Made by a program: the position numbers and the translations under genes. A model generated the notes under the pieces. That model made no database searches and had not been told where the DNA came from. It was given only the letters and a program-made list of their open reading frames with translations. Below, piece after piece: positions 30,155 to 40,595 of a DNA stretch of 64,000 bases. Source of the DNA: Acidimicrobiales bacterium (GTDB lineage: Bacteria; Actinomycetota; Acidimicrobiia; Acidimicrobiales; Aldehydirespiratoraceae); the NCBI GenBank assembly GCA_022425325.1, contig JAKMFW010000037.1:8127-72126 (forward strand), read 5' to 3'. Every line of letters starts with the position of its first letter. The first letter of the stretch is position 1.

Positions 30155-30487
30155 ATGGCTACCCCGCCACCCCTCACCGACGATGCCCGACGCGCAGCGC
30201 TGGCGAAGGCGGCAGAAGCGCGCCGTGTTCGGGCCGATCTCAAGCAGGCGTTGAAGGCCGGTGAGCTCGGACTTGCCGACGTGTTGGTCCGGGCCGAGTC
30301 CGACGACGTGGTCGCCATGACCAAAATCCTCACGATCCTCGAGTCGCTGCCAGGCGTCGGCAAGGTGAAGTCCCGCCGGACGATGGCGTCCATCGGCATC
30401 TCCGAAAGTCGCCGAGTCCAGGGCCTCGGCGTCAGGCAGCGTCACGCCCTGCTCACTGCGTTCGGCGACGACGTCGCCACCTCATGA
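30155..30487 (+). CDS. mihF: Integration host factor, actinobacterial type (mIHF)
   Basis: 110 aa with LTDDARRAALAKAAEARRVRADLK and LPGVGKVKSRRTM. The pyrF-mihF-gmk-rpoZ order matches Mycobacterium/Streptomyces. Confidence 0.85.
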   Translation: MATPPPLTDDARRAALAKAAEARRVRADLKQALKAGELGLADVLVRAESDDVVAMTKILTILESLPGVGKVKSRRTMASIGISESRRVQGLGVRQRHALLTAFGDDVATS

Positions 30488-31053
30488 CTGAACTCGACGA
30501 CCGCGTGATCGTCGTGATCTCCGGCCCCGGAGGCGTCGGCAAGGGAACGATCGTCGCCCGACTCCTCGACGAGGACCCCTCCCTGTGGCTCTCGCGGAGC
30601 TGGACCACCCGTGACCGTCGGCCCGGGGAGGCGATGGAGGCCTACCACTTCACCGACGCAGAGCGGTTTCTCGCCCATGTCGCCGACGACGGCTTCCTCG
30701 AGTGGGTCGAATTTCTCGACTACTACCAGGGGACGCCGGTGCCGGATCCACCGGCGGGTCACGACGTCGTGTTCGAGATCGATGTGCACGGCGCCGAGCA
30801 GATCCGACATCGCTACCCGGACGCCGTGCTGATCTTCGTCGATGCGCCGTCTGACGAGGCCCAGGAAGCCCGCCTTCGTGGGCGTGGGGATCTGGAGGAG
30901 AAAGTGCAGGCCCGCCTCGCCAAAGCGGCCGAGGAGAAAGCCAAAGCGCTCGAACTCGACATGACCTTCGTCATCAACGATGAACTCGATCATGCCGTCG
31001 GCGAGATCCAGGGCTTGATCGGGCAGTGCCGATCCGCCACACACGGCTGCTAG
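30484..31053 (+). CDS. gmk: Guanylate kinase
   Basis: 189 aa with P-loop GPGGVGKGT, SRSWTTR, and EW.EF.DYYQGT. Confidence 0.9.
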   Translation: MTELDDRVIVVISGPGGVGKGTIVARLLDEDPSLWLSRSWTTRDRRPGEAMEAYHFTDAERFLAHVADDGFLEWVEFLDYYQGTPVPDPPAGHDVVFEIDVHGAEQIRHRYPDAVLIFVDAPSDEAQEARLRGRGDLEEKVQARLAKAAEEKAKALELDMTFVINDELDHAVGEIQGLIGQCRSATHGC

Positions 31054-31103
31054 CCTTCCCGTTCAGAACTCGGCCCCTCGGGGCCCGACGCGAAGGCTTT
31101 CTC

Positions 31104-31430
31104 ATGGCGCACGGCTACGACACGATGATGAACCCCTCGATCGAGGACCTCCTCGAGAAGACCGGTTCGAAGTTCCGCCTCGTCTCGCTCTCAGCCATGC
31201 GCTCGCGCGAGATCACGAGTTACCTCGGGCAGCTCAGCCAGGGTGTCGGCGCCGCCGTGCCTCCGCAGGTGACCTCCACCGCCGCCAAGCCGCTCTCGAT
31301 CGCCTTCGAAGAGATCTCCGCCGAGAAGATCACCTCCATCGAGATCGATCCCGAGGCCGAGGCTGCAGCTGCTGCGCTCGCTGCTGCCGAAGCTGAAGCC
31401 GCCGCCGAACTCGGCGACGACTCCGCCTGA
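31104..31430 (+). CDS. rpoZ: DNA-directed RNA polymerase subunit omega
   Basis: Track start 31026 overlaps gmk. ATG 31104 gives MAHGYDTMMNPSIEDLLEKTGSKFRLVSLSAMRSREI, typical of actinobacterial RpoZ. It has an Ala/Glu-rich C-terminal tail. Confidence 0.85.
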   Translation: MAHGYDTMMNPSIEDLLEKTGSKFRLVSLSAMRSREITSYLGQLSQGVGAAVPPQVTSTAAKPLSIAFEEISAEKITSIEIDPEAEAAAAALAAAEAEAAAELGDDSA

Positions 31431-31443
31431 TCCGAGGGGTACG

Positions 31444-32643
31444 GTGACCATGCTCGCCGGCCGCCGCATCGTCCTCGGTGTCACCGGCGGCATCGCCGCC
31501 TACAAGGCCGTCGAGGTCTGTCGCCGACTCGTCGACGCCGGCGCCCACGTCAGCCCCGTCCTCACCGACGGCGCTCAGCGCATGGTGGGGGCCACGACCT
31601 TCTCTGCGCTCGCATCGGAGCCTGTCCGCACTGAACTGTGGGACGACCCGGAGACCCCCATCCCGCACACCAAGATGGGGCAGGCCGCCGATCTCATCCT
31701 CGTGTGTCCGGCGACGGCCCGTCTGATCAGCGACCTTCGCACCGGACGCTCGGCCGACCTTCTGATGGCGACCATCCTGGCGTCCCGGGCACCCGTCATG
31801 ATCTGCCCGGCGATGCATACCGAGATGTGGGAGCAGGCATCGGTTCAGGAGAACCTCGACATCCTCGCCGATCGGGGTGTGCTGATCGTGCCGCCCGAAT
31901 CCGGCCGGCTCGCCGGCGGCGATCTGGGTCACGGCCGGCTGGCAGAGCCGTCGACTGTCGTCGCTGCAGTCGAGGCCGCGCTCAGTGACGGCGATCTCGC
32001 CGGTCGCACGGTGCTCGTCACCGCCGGCGGCACCCGCGAACCGGTCGACACCGTGCGCTACATCGGTAACCGCTCGTCCGGCAAGCAGGGGCATGCCGTA
32101 GCCGCCGAGGCGGTGTTGCGAGGGGCCGATGTCGTGGTCGTCACGACCCGTCCCGACCAAGCCCCGGCCGGTGTCCGCGTTGTCGAGGTCGAGACTGCAG
32201 CCGAGATGGCCGCCGCCTGCGACGTCGAAGCTCCGAACGCTGACATCGTCGTCATGGCGGCTGCGGTCGCCGATTTCCGTCCGGCCGACACCGCCGACGG
32301 CAAGCTCAAGAAGCGCGACGGCGCTCCAGTCGTCGAACTCGTCCCCACGGTCGATATCCTCGCTGGCCTCGGAGCGGCGAAACCCGCTGGGCAAGTCCTG
32401 ATCGGCTTCGCCGCCGAGACCGACGACCTGATCGCCAACGCAGCCGAGAAACTGGCTCGCAAGAACCTCGACGCGATCGTTGCCAACGACGTGTCGAAGC
32501 CGGGCGTCGGCTTCGAGCACACCACCAACGAGGTGGTCATCCTGCTCGCCGACGGATCCCGGATCGATGTCCCACTGACCGACAAGCGCGATGTCGCACG
32601 GCGCGTGCTAGACACCGCAGCGGGCCGACTCGGCCAGCAATGA
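31444..32643 (+). CDS. coaBC: Bifunctional phosphopantothenoylcysteine decarboxylase / phosphopantothenate--cysteine ligase
   Basis: 399 aa with the flavoprotein N-domain ([21 protein letters not shown]) and a C-terminal CoaB domain ([36 protein letters not shown]). Confidence 0.9.
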   Translation: MTMLAGRRIVLGVTGGIAAYKAVEVCRRLVDAGAHVSPVLTDGAQRMVGATTFSALASEPVRTELWDDPETPIPHTKMGQAADLILVCPATARLISDLRTGRSADLLMATILASRAPVMICPAMHTEMWEQASVQENLDILADRGVLIVPPESGRLAGGDLGHGRLAEPSTVVAAVEAALSDGDLAGRTVLVTAGGTREPVDTVRYIGNRSSGKQGHAVAAEAVLRGADVVVVTTRPDQAPAGVRVVEVETAAEMAAACDVEAPNADIVVMAAAVADFRPADTADGKLKKRDGAPVVELVPTVDILAGLGAAKPAGQVLIGFAAETDDLIANAAEKLARKNLDAIVANDVSKPGVGFEHTTNEVVILLADGSRIDVPLTDKRDVARRVLDTAAGRLGQQ

Positions 32644-32656
32644 ACCAGGAGCAACC

Positions 32657-33856
<1,200 letters not shown>

Positions 33857-33942
33857 GCGAGTCCGACCAGGGACGGCTGGAGCTCGGCGACGAGCCGTCC
33901 GCGCCATCTGACATCGAGACGACCCGCCCTGAGGGGCGGGTC

Positions 33943-35658
33943 GTGCGCGTGCTGCCCGACGTCGTCGGCATCGATCGAGCGTTCGACTATGTCGTGCCGA
34001 CATCCTGGGAGGCCGACGGACGGGCGGAGCGGGTCGTCGTGGGGTCGATGGTTCGGATCCCGCTCGCAGGCCGACGGGTCGACGGCTGGGTCACCGCCGT
34101 CGAGGTGGAGCCCGAGTCCGGTGTTCGGTTGGTCGAGCTGGTGAAACTTCGCGGGATGGGTCCGTCGCCGGAGCTGCTCGACCTAGCCGGGTGGGCGGCG
34201 TGGCGTTGGGCCGGTCGCCGGGTGGCGTTCCTGCGGTCGGCGTCGCCGGAGCGCATGGTCGCAGCTGCGGCGAAACGTCGGCCTCGTGATCCGGTTCCGG
34301 CTGGACCTCGCGACGTCTTCGACGACGCGTTCGACCATGGCGTTGCCACGGTTCGAGTCGCACCCGATGACGACGGGCTGGGTGTTGCGCTCGCTGCCTG
34401 TCGCCGAGGCGATGCCCTGATCCTCACGGCCGACACGGCTCGGGCCCGTCATCTGGCCGTGGCGCTGCGCCGGGCCGGGGTCTCGGTGGCGCTCGCCCCC
34501 GACGAGTGGGCGGCTGCAGCTGGGGGTGCGACGGTCGTCGGCACCCGCTCGGCCGCATGGATGCCGATGCCGGATCTCGCTGCTGTTGTCGTGATCGACG
34601 AACACGACGAGCGGTTCAAGGAGGAACGCACCCCGGCATGGCACGCTCGCGAGGTCGCCCTCGAACGGGCGCGTCGGGCGGGGGTGCCCGCCGTGATGAC
34701 CTCGGCGGTGCCGTCGCTCGAAGCGCTCCGTGCCGGCCCCCTCTTGCGTCGTGACCGATCGATCGAACGCGACGGCTGGCCGATCGTCGACGTGCTCGAC
34801 CGGCGCGACGAGGATCCGACCAGGTCGGGGCCGTTCGCCGCTGATCTTCGACGCCACATCGACGGTGATCGGCGAGTGGTGTGCGTCCTCAACCGCACGG
34901 GTCGGGCCCGTCTGCTCGCCTGCGCAGCGTGCGGTGAGCTGGTCCGGAGCGACGACGGTGGTCAGATCATGCGGCTGGTCGACGACGAACTCGTGAGCGC
35001 TGATGGCTCGGAACGCCGACCCGTCGTCTGCACCGGGTGCGGCTCCACGACCCTCAAGACGCTCCGAATGGGGGTCGAACGAGCCCGCGAAGAACTCGAG
35101 GCCTTCCTCGGCGAACCGGTCGACGAGATCACGGCGGCATCGGAGCAACGCCCCCAGCGACGGGTGGCGATTGGCACGGAGGCCGTGCTGCACCGGATCG
35201 ATCGGGCTGACGTGGTCGTGTTCCTTGATTTCGATCAGGAGTTGTTGGCCGTGCGCCAGCGCGCCGCCGAGCAGGCGATGGCGATGATCTCTCAAGCGGC
35301 GCGGCTGGTCGGCGGCCGGGGGAGTGGTGGCCGTGTCGTCGTCCAGACCCGGCAGCCCGAGCACGAGGTGATCCTTGCGGCAGGACGCGGCGATCCGTCG
35401 TTGGTTGCTGTCGCCGAGCGCGATCGTCGCCGAGCGCTGCGGTTGCCGCCCTACGGAGCTCAGGTGTCGATCAGCGGCGAAGGCGCCGCTGCGTTGATCG
35501 ACAGCTTCGGCACGGTGGAGGGTGTGCAGGTCCGCGGACCGCTCGATGATCGCTGGTTGCTTCGCGCCGAGAGTCACGCCCCGATCCTCGATCGACTCGC
35601 CGAGATCGAACGTCCGGCCGCCCGCGTGCGGATCGACGTCGATCCGCTGCGAGTATGA
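33943..35658 (+). CDS. priA: Primosomal protein N' (PriA) homologue lacking a recognisable Walker A motif
   Basis: Track start 33805 overlaps metK. GTG 33943 is preceded by GAGGGG and gives VRVLPDVVGIDRAFDYVVP, the typical PriA N-terminus. VVVIDEHDERFKEE (DExH) and a Cys-rich zinc region (CAACGE...CTGCGS) are present. No GxGKT/S occurs anywhere in the ORF. Confidence 0.75.
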   Translation: MRVLPDVVGIDRAFDYVVPTSWEADGRAERVVVGSMVRIPLAGRRVDGWVTAVEVEPESGVRLVELVKLRGMGPSPELLDLAGWAAWRWAGRRVAFLRSASPERMVAAAAKRRPRDPVPAGPRDVFDDAFDHGVATVRVAPDDDGLGVALAACRRGDALILTADTARARHLAVALRRAGVSVALAPDEWAAAAGGATVVGTRSAAWMPMPDLAAVVVIDEHDERFKEERTPAWHAREVALERARRAGVPAVMTSAVPSLEALRAGPLLRRDRSIERDGWPIVDVLDRRDEDPTRSGPFAADLRRHIDGDRRVVCVLNRTGRARLLACAACGELVRSDDGGQIMRLVDDELVSADGSERRPVVCTGCGSTTLKTLRMGVERAREELEAFLGEPVDEITAASEQRPQRRVAIGTEAVLHRIDRADVVVFLDFDQELLAVRQRAAEQAMAMISQAARLVGGRGSGGRVVVQTRQPEHEVILAAGRGDPSLVAVAERDRRRALRLPPYGAQVSISGEGAAALIDSFGTVEGVQVRGPLDDRWLLRAESHAPILDRLAEIERPAARVRIDVDPLRV

Positions 35659-35662
35659 CGGC

Positions 35663-36214
35663 GTGGATCAACGTCAGCGCCGCCTGTTCTTGTCCGTTCT
35701 CGCCGTGCTCGGCGTGATCGGCTTCGTCCTCGTGTTCGGCGAGCGGACCTCGGGGCCGCCCCTCGAGAGTGTGGTCAGTGCCGAGGGGCTCGTCACGGAG
35801 ATCCCCGAGGGGTGGGTCCAAAGCGAACAGTTTGCGTTCGAGTGGCAGCCGATCGCCGGGAATCCGATCGCCGAGGTCTTCGACAAATGGACCGTCGCCC
35901 GTGCGTGTGGCCCTGATGGGTGCGACGAACGTTCGCTCGACGAGTGGCTCGAGATCGGGGAGTCGCTGCCCACGTTCGTACAGGCCGTCGAGGCCGACTC
36001 CGGCCTGACGATCAACCGGGACGAGTTCGGCGACGATCACCGGGTTGTCGAGGGCACCACCGCAGCCGAGACCACCATCGTCTATGTCGCCGCATTCGAT
36101 GACGGGTGGGATTTCTATGTCGAGTGTGGCCTGTCGCTCGGTGTGCGCGGCGACGAACGTCTGATCGACGAGATCGTCGAGGTGTGTCGAGCCACGGTGC
36201 CGGTCGGGGAGTGA
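35663..36214 (+). CDS. Membrane-anchored hypothetical protein (four Cys, acidic ectodomain)
   Basis: Track start 35522 lies inside priA. In-frame GTG 35663 follows the priA stop. It has one N-terminal TM helix (LFLSVLAVLGVIGFVLVF) followed by about 150 aa with CGPDGC, one Cys in YVECG and one in EVCR. No family recognised. Confidence 0.5.
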   Translation: MDQRQRRLFLSVLAVLGVIGFVLVFGERTSGPPLESVVSAEGLVTEIPEGWVQSEQFAFEWQPIAGNPIAEVFDKWTVARACGPDGCDERSLDEWLEIGESLPTFVQAVEADSGLTINRDEFGDDHRVVEGTTAAETTIVYVAAFDDGWDFYVECGLSLGVRGDERLIDEIVEVCRATVPVGE

Positions 36215-36305
36215 TCAGCCCGAACGGTGTGTCGCTTCGTCGAGTTTCCGGCTGCGGGCGGCGCACCTATGACCGCCGAGGTCGGCGGCCGATAGGCGGG
36301 GCTGT

Positions 36306-36827
36306 TCAGCGGGACCAGCTTCGCCGCCGGGCCTCGTAGATCGCGATCGAGGCGGCGTGGGCGACATTGAGGCTGCCGACCTTGCCGAGTTGCGGGATGA
36401 AGGCGACGCCGTCGCATGCGGCGAGCGTCGCTGGAGTGCAGCCCCGGTCTTCGTGGCCGATCACGAGGGCGACGTCGGTCTCCATCGGGATCTCGTGGAG
36501 GGGAAGGGCATCGCTCGTCAGTTCGATCGCGATGACCTGGTAGCCGTCGGCTCGGGCTGCTTCGACCGCAGGGACGCCGGAGTCGAACTCGGTCCAGGTG
36601 AGGTACCGAGCGGTGCCGAGCGCAGTCTTGTTGACCTTGTCGTGGTCGGGAGCCGTGGCGCCGCCGAGGTAGAGATGGTCGACTCGTTCGGCCGCCGCGG
36701 TGCGCACGATCGCTCCGATGTTGAACGGGTTGCCGACCCCGTCGAGCACGAGCGCGAGTCGGCCGTCGGTGCGGCGGCGCCATTCTCGGTGGAGCCGCTT
36801 CATGCCCGTGCCGTCGAGTTGTGTCAC
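36306..36827 (-). CDS. SpoU/TrmH-family RNA 2'-O-methyltransferase
   Basis: 173 aa with SPOUT motifs NPFNIGAIVRTAAA, ALVIGHEDRG and IPQLGKVGSLNVAHAASIAIYE. Confidence 0.85.
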   Translation of the reverse strand: MTQLDGTGMKRLHREWRRRTDGRLALVLDGVGNPFNIGAIVRTAAAERVDHLYLGGATAPDHDKVNKTALGTARYLTWTEFDSGVPAVEAARADGYQVIAIELTSDALPLHEIPMETDVALVIGHEDRGCTPATLAACDGVAFIPQLGKVGSLNVAHAASIAIYEARRRSWSR

Positions 36828-37438
36828 GTGTTCCCCCTCGCCCCGACCTGAAGGATACGGAAGCCGGCACGGCTCGTGATCCGGTCGACCGGATGTCCGA
36901 CCCCCTCGAGCCAGCGAGCGAGCGAGTCGCTCCCGAGATGCTTCTGCACGACGAGATGCGCAACGCCCTCGGGGGTCATCCGCGTCAGCCAGTAGTCGAG
37001 CAGGTCGTGAAGCGCCCGCTTGCCGATTCGGATCGGCGGATTGGAGATGATGCGATCGAATCGCACGTCGTCGTCCACTCCGTCGGGTGCTGCGACGGTG
37101 ATCCGATCGGCGGCATCGATCGTTGCGGCGTTGGCGGCGGTGAGCCGACGCGCCCGCTCGTTGACGTCGACCGCCCAGATTCGGGCGTGAGGTGCCCGTA
37201 GCGCAGCGACACAGGCGATCGGTCCCCAGCCGCAGCCGAGGTCGAGGATGGTGCGGTCGGCCGGCGTGAGCGGAGGTGCTTCCTGGAGGAGCAATTTTGT
37301 GCCGGTATCGAGATGCTCGGCGGAGAAGACACCTCGGTCGGCGGTCAAGGTGATGGCGAGGTCGGGCAGGCTGACCTCGACGGGACGCGGATCCGAGGCG
37401 ACGGACGGATCGTCATCGAAGTACTGACCGGTAGGCAC
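36824..37438 (-). CDS. Class I SAM-dependent methyltransferase (RsmC/RlmG-like small-domain, NPPI motif)
   Basis: The track ORF 36824..38050 is over-extended antisense through def. GTG at 37438 gives VPTGQYFDDDPS. SAM motif I is ILDLGCGWGPIA, and IISNPPIRIGK is the catalytic motif typical of rRNA m2G methyltransferases. There is a GTGA overlap with the downstream SpoU gene. Confidence 0.75.
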   Translation of the reverse strand: MPTGQYFDDDPSVASDPRPVEVSLPDLAITLTADRGVFSAEHLDTGTKLLLQEAPPLTPADRTILDLGCGWGPIACVAALRAPHARIWAVDVNERARRLTAANAATIDAADRITVAAPDGVDDDVRFDRIISNPPIRIGKRALHDLLDYWLTRMTPEGVAHLVVQKHLGSDSLARWLEGVGHPVDRITSRAGFRILQVGARGNT

Positions 37439-37480
37439 TCCGTCGACGGTAGCGGGGTCTGCGGTGGGTAGATTGGACGC

Positions 37481-38011
37481 ATGGCTGCGTACGACATTCG
37501 AGTCATCGGCGATCCGGTTCTGCGCCAGAAGGCGAACGACGTGGCCGAGATCGACGGCGCGCTCGTGAAGCTCGTCGACGACATGCTCGAGACGATGTAC
37601 GCGGCGCCCGGCATTGGCCTGGCCGCACCGCAGGTCGGCGTCGACAAACGCCTCTTCGTGTGGGATATCGGCGACGGCCCCAACGCCATGGTCAACCCAG
37701 AGATCATCGAGGGCGACGGTGAGTGGGTCTTCGAGGAGGGCTGTTTGTCGGTTCCCGGCCTGTCCTGGGAGATCGTGCGTCCGAAGAAGATCCACATCGT
37801 CGGCCGAGATCTCGATGGCAACGAGATGACCTACGAGGCCGACGAACTCGAGTCGCGCATGTTCCAACACGAGATGGATCATCTCAACGGTGTGTTGTTG
37901 ATCGAGCGACTCGACGAGGACACTCGCAAGGCGGCCCTGAAAACGCTGCGCGACCTGCAGATCGGCACGCCCGAAACGAAGCCGGCCGGGGGCGGTCTCA
38001 CCCTGCCGTGA
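37481..38011 (+). CDS. def: Peptide deformylase
   Basis: 176 aa with GIGLAAPQ, EGCLSVPG and QHEMDHLNG (HExxH). Confidence 0.95.
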   Translation: MAAYDIRVIGDPVLRQKANDVAEIDGALVKLVDDMLETMYAAPGIGLAAPQVGVDKRLFVWDIGDGPNAMVNPEIIEGDGEWVFEEGCLSVPGLSWEIVRPKKIHIVGRDLDGNEMTYEADELESRMFQHEMDHLNGVLLIERLDEDTRKAALKTLRDLQIGTPETKPAGGGLTLP

Positions 38012-38024
38012 GCACCACCACCCC

Positions 38025-38894
38025 ATGAGCGCTGCGCCGCCGGACGTCATTCGGCGGATCGTCTACCTGGGTACGCCGGGCTTGGCCGTTCCGCCGCTCC
38101 GAGCTCTTGTCGATGCCGGCTATGAGATCCCGCTCGTCGTGTCGCGGGCCGACGCCCGTCGCGGCCGTGGAACGCAACGGATGCCCTCGCCGCTGAAGGC
38201 GGCGGCGCTCGAACTCGGGCTGCCCGTGACCGACCGGCTGGCCGACCTCAACGAGGTCGATGCCGATCTGGCAGTGGTGGTCGCGTACGGGCACCTCATC
38301 CCGGAGACGATGCTCAGCCGGCTTGCGTTCGTGAACCTTCACTTTTCGCTCCTGCCGCGCTGGCGCGGTGCCGCTCCCGTCGAGCGGGCGATCCTCGCAG
38401 GCGATGCGACCACCGGCGTGTGTCTGATGGATCTCGACATCGAACTCGACACCGGCGCTGTGTACCGCCGCACGGAGACCCCGATCGGTGATGACGAGAC
38501 GCTCGACGAGTTGCGAGGGCGGCTGGTCGAGATCGGCACCGACCAGCTCGTTCGAGCGCTCGCCGATGGCTTTGGTGAGCCCGAGCCCCAGGTCGGCGAT
38601 CCGGTCTACGCGGCGAAGATCACCGCTGCTGAACGCGAGATCGACTGGAGTCAGTCGGCCGTGGCGATCCACCGTCGGGTGCGGGTCGGTGGCGCCTTCA
38701 CCACGTGGAACGGCAAGCGGTTCAAGATCCATCGCACTCGCCTTGCTGCCGCTTCCGATTCCGGGGTCGTGGTCTCGACCGCTGCCGGTCATCTGGAACT
38801 CCTCGACGTCCAGCCCGAGGGCAAGCCCCGTATGGACGCTGTTTCGTGGGCTAACGGCGCCCGATGGAGCGCCGACCAGGCGTTCGGCTCGTGA
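38025..38894 (+). CDS. fmt: Methionyl-tRNA formyltransferase
   Basis: 289 aa with IVYLGTPG.AVPPL, NLHFSLLPRWRGAAPVERAI and a C-terminal tRNA-binding domain. Confidence 0.9.
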   Translation: MSAAPPDVIRRIVYLGTPGLAVPPLRALVDAGYEIPLVVSRADARRGRGTQRMPSPLKAAALELGLPVTDRLADLNEVDADLAVVVAYGHLIPETMLSRLAFVNLHFSLLPRWRGAAPVERAILAGDATTGVCLMDLDIELDTGAVYRRTETPIGDDETLDELRGRLVEIGTDQLVRALADGFGEPEPQVGDPVYAAKITAAEREIDWSQSAVAIHRRVRVGGAFTTWNGKRFKIHRTRLAAASDSGVVVSTAAGHLELLDVQPEGKPRMDAVSWANGARWSADQAFGS

Positions 38895-40033
38895 GCGACC
38901 CAATCGACGACCCTCGCCGGCTCGCCATCGCAGCGATCGTGCGCATCGACGACGAGGGTGCGTACGCCAACGTCGTCTTGCCGAAGATGCTGGGTGACAC
39001 GACGATGGAGGCGCGCGACAAGGGCTTTGCGACGGAGCTCGTCTACGGCTCTACCCGCATGAAGCGGCGGCTCGACCATCTGGTCGACCGCTTCCTGCTC
39101 GAACCGCCGCCGCCATCGGCCCGCGCCGCATTGCGGATCGGCGCGCACCAGCTGCTCCATCTCGACACGCCACCTCATGCTGCGGTTTCGGCAACCGTCG
39201 CTGCTGCGCCCAAACGCTTTCGAGGCCTGGTCAACGCCGTGCTCCGCAAGGTGGCGGCGGTGGTGACGGAGGGCGTGTCGTTCCCTTCGGTCGGGACCGA
39301 GCTGAGCTACCCGGACTGGATCGTCACCCGACTCGGTGCCGACCTCGGGGAGGAGTGCGCACGTGCGGCGCTCGAGACGATGAATGTCGCGGCAGAGGTC
39401 CACATCCGCGACGACGGCTATGTGCAGGACCCGAGTTCCCAGGCGGTCGCTGCCGCCGTGCCGGTGTCGACGGGCGACCTCGTCCTCGATGCCTGCGCGG
39501 CGCCGGGCGGGAAGGCCACGGCGATCGCCGGTACGGGTGCTCGGGTGATCGCCGCCGACTCGCGCCACTCCCGCGCTGGTCTCATCGTCGCGAATCGCCA
39601 CCGCCTCGATCTCGACGATCTTCACGTCGTGCAGGCCGACGGTGCAGCGCCGCCGTACACCGACGCCACGTTCGATGCGGTGCTCGTCGACGCCCCGTGC
39701 AGCGGGCTCGGGGCGCTGCGCCGTCGTGCCGATGCCCGCTGGCGGATCAGGCCCGAAGATGTCGACGAACTCGCCGAGCTGCAGCAGCGGATCCTGCTCG
39801 CCTCGGCGCCGCTCGTGAAACCGGGCGGTTCGCTCGTCTACAGCGTCTGCACACTCACGATGGCCGAGTCGGTCGATGTCGTGGCGGCCACCGCTGGCGC
39901 GCTTGCCGCGCTCGGCTTCCGTGCCGACCTGCCGGCGGATGGCGACTGGGAGCCCTACGGCCCGGACACGCTGGTGGTGGTCCCCGGTGCCGCCACCGAT
40001 GGGATGGCGCTCGCCCGCTGGCGTCGCGCCTGA
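38891..40033 (+). CDS. rsmB: 16S rRNA (cytosine-C5)-methyltransferase RsmB/Sun family
   Basis: Track start is 38864. GTG 38891 forms a GTGA overlap with the fmt stop. It has a NusB-like N-domain, SAM motif LDACAAPGGKAT, and catalytic Cys motifs DAPCSGLGALRRR and YSVCT. Confidence 0.85.
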   Translation: MSDPIDDPRRLAIAAIVRIDDEGAYANVVLPKMLGDTTMEARDKGFATELVYGSTRMKRRLDHLVDRFLLEPPPPSARAALRIGAHQLLHLDTPPHAAVSATVAAAPKRFRGLVNAVLRKVAAVVTEGVSFPSVGTELSYPDWIVTRLGADLGEECARAALETMNVAAEVHIRDDGYVQDPSSQAVAAAVPVSTGDLVLDACAAPGGKATAIAGTGARVIAADSRHSRAGLIVANRHRLDLDDLHVVQADGAAPPYTDATFDAVLVDAPCSGLGALRRRADARWRIRPEDVDELAELQQRILLASAPLVKPGGSLVYSVCTLTMAESVDVVAATAGALAALGFRADLPADGDWEPYGPDTLVVVPGAATDGMALARWRRA

Positions 40034-40073
40034 GCACTGCACCGTGGTGAACCGTGCTCGCTAGGGTGCCGGC

Positions 40074-40595
40074 ATGAGCTCCGAGCAGCGGTTGTCGGTG
40101 AAGATCGTGACCGTGTCCGACGGTGTCGTCGCCGGCACTCGGGAGGACGCGTCCGGCCAGGTCCTCGAGCAGTACTTCACGGATCAGGGTTGGAACGTCG
40201 TTGAGCGCGCCCTTACCGAGGACGGTGTCGATCCAGTCGCGGCGACACTTCGGCGTCTCGCCGACGGTTTCCACGGGCTCATCGTCACCACGGGGGGCAC
40301 CGGCTTCGGCCCCCGGGATCGCACGCCGGAGGGTACGAAGGCCACACTCGATCGAGAGGCGCCCGGCCTCGCCGAGGCGATGCGGTTGATCAACCCGCTC
40401 GGCCGCCTCAGTCGCGGTGTCGCCGGCACACTCGGCACCAGCCTGATCGTGAATACGCCGGGCTCGTCGAAGGGCTGTGTCGAGACCATCGGTGCCGTCA
40501 TCGACGTCCTGCCCCACGCCGTGACGCTGCTTGTCGACAATTACGATCCGCATCCCTCGGGCGAGGGTCAAGGCCACGGTTCCGGTCACGGATGA
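40074..40595 (+). CDS. MogA/MoaB-family molybdenum cofactor biosynthesis protein
   Basis: 173 aa with IVTVSD, LIVTTGGTGFGPRDRTPE and NTPGSSKG motifs of the MoCF_biosynth domain. Confidence 0.8.
   Translation: MSSEQRLSVKIVTVSDGVVAGTREDASGQVLEQYFTDQGWNVVERALTEDGVDPVAATLRRLADGFHGLIVTTGGTGFGPRDRTPEGTKATLDREAPGLAEAMRLINPLGRLSRGVAGTLGTSLIVNTPGSSKGCVETIGAVIDVLPHAVTLLVDNYDPHPSGEGQGHGSGHG

Noticed and set aside
32644-32656. SAM riboswitch upstream of metK and FMN riboswitch upstream of ribD
   Set aside because: The metK spacer is only 13 nt, and ribD overlaps the preceding gene. There is no room for either element.
37439-38050. Upstream two-thirds of the 408-aa minus ORF 36824..38050
   Set aside because: This part is antisense to def, which has complete deformylase motifs. 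The methyltransferase domain needs only 36824-37438, with a GTG start that gives a typical N-terminus.
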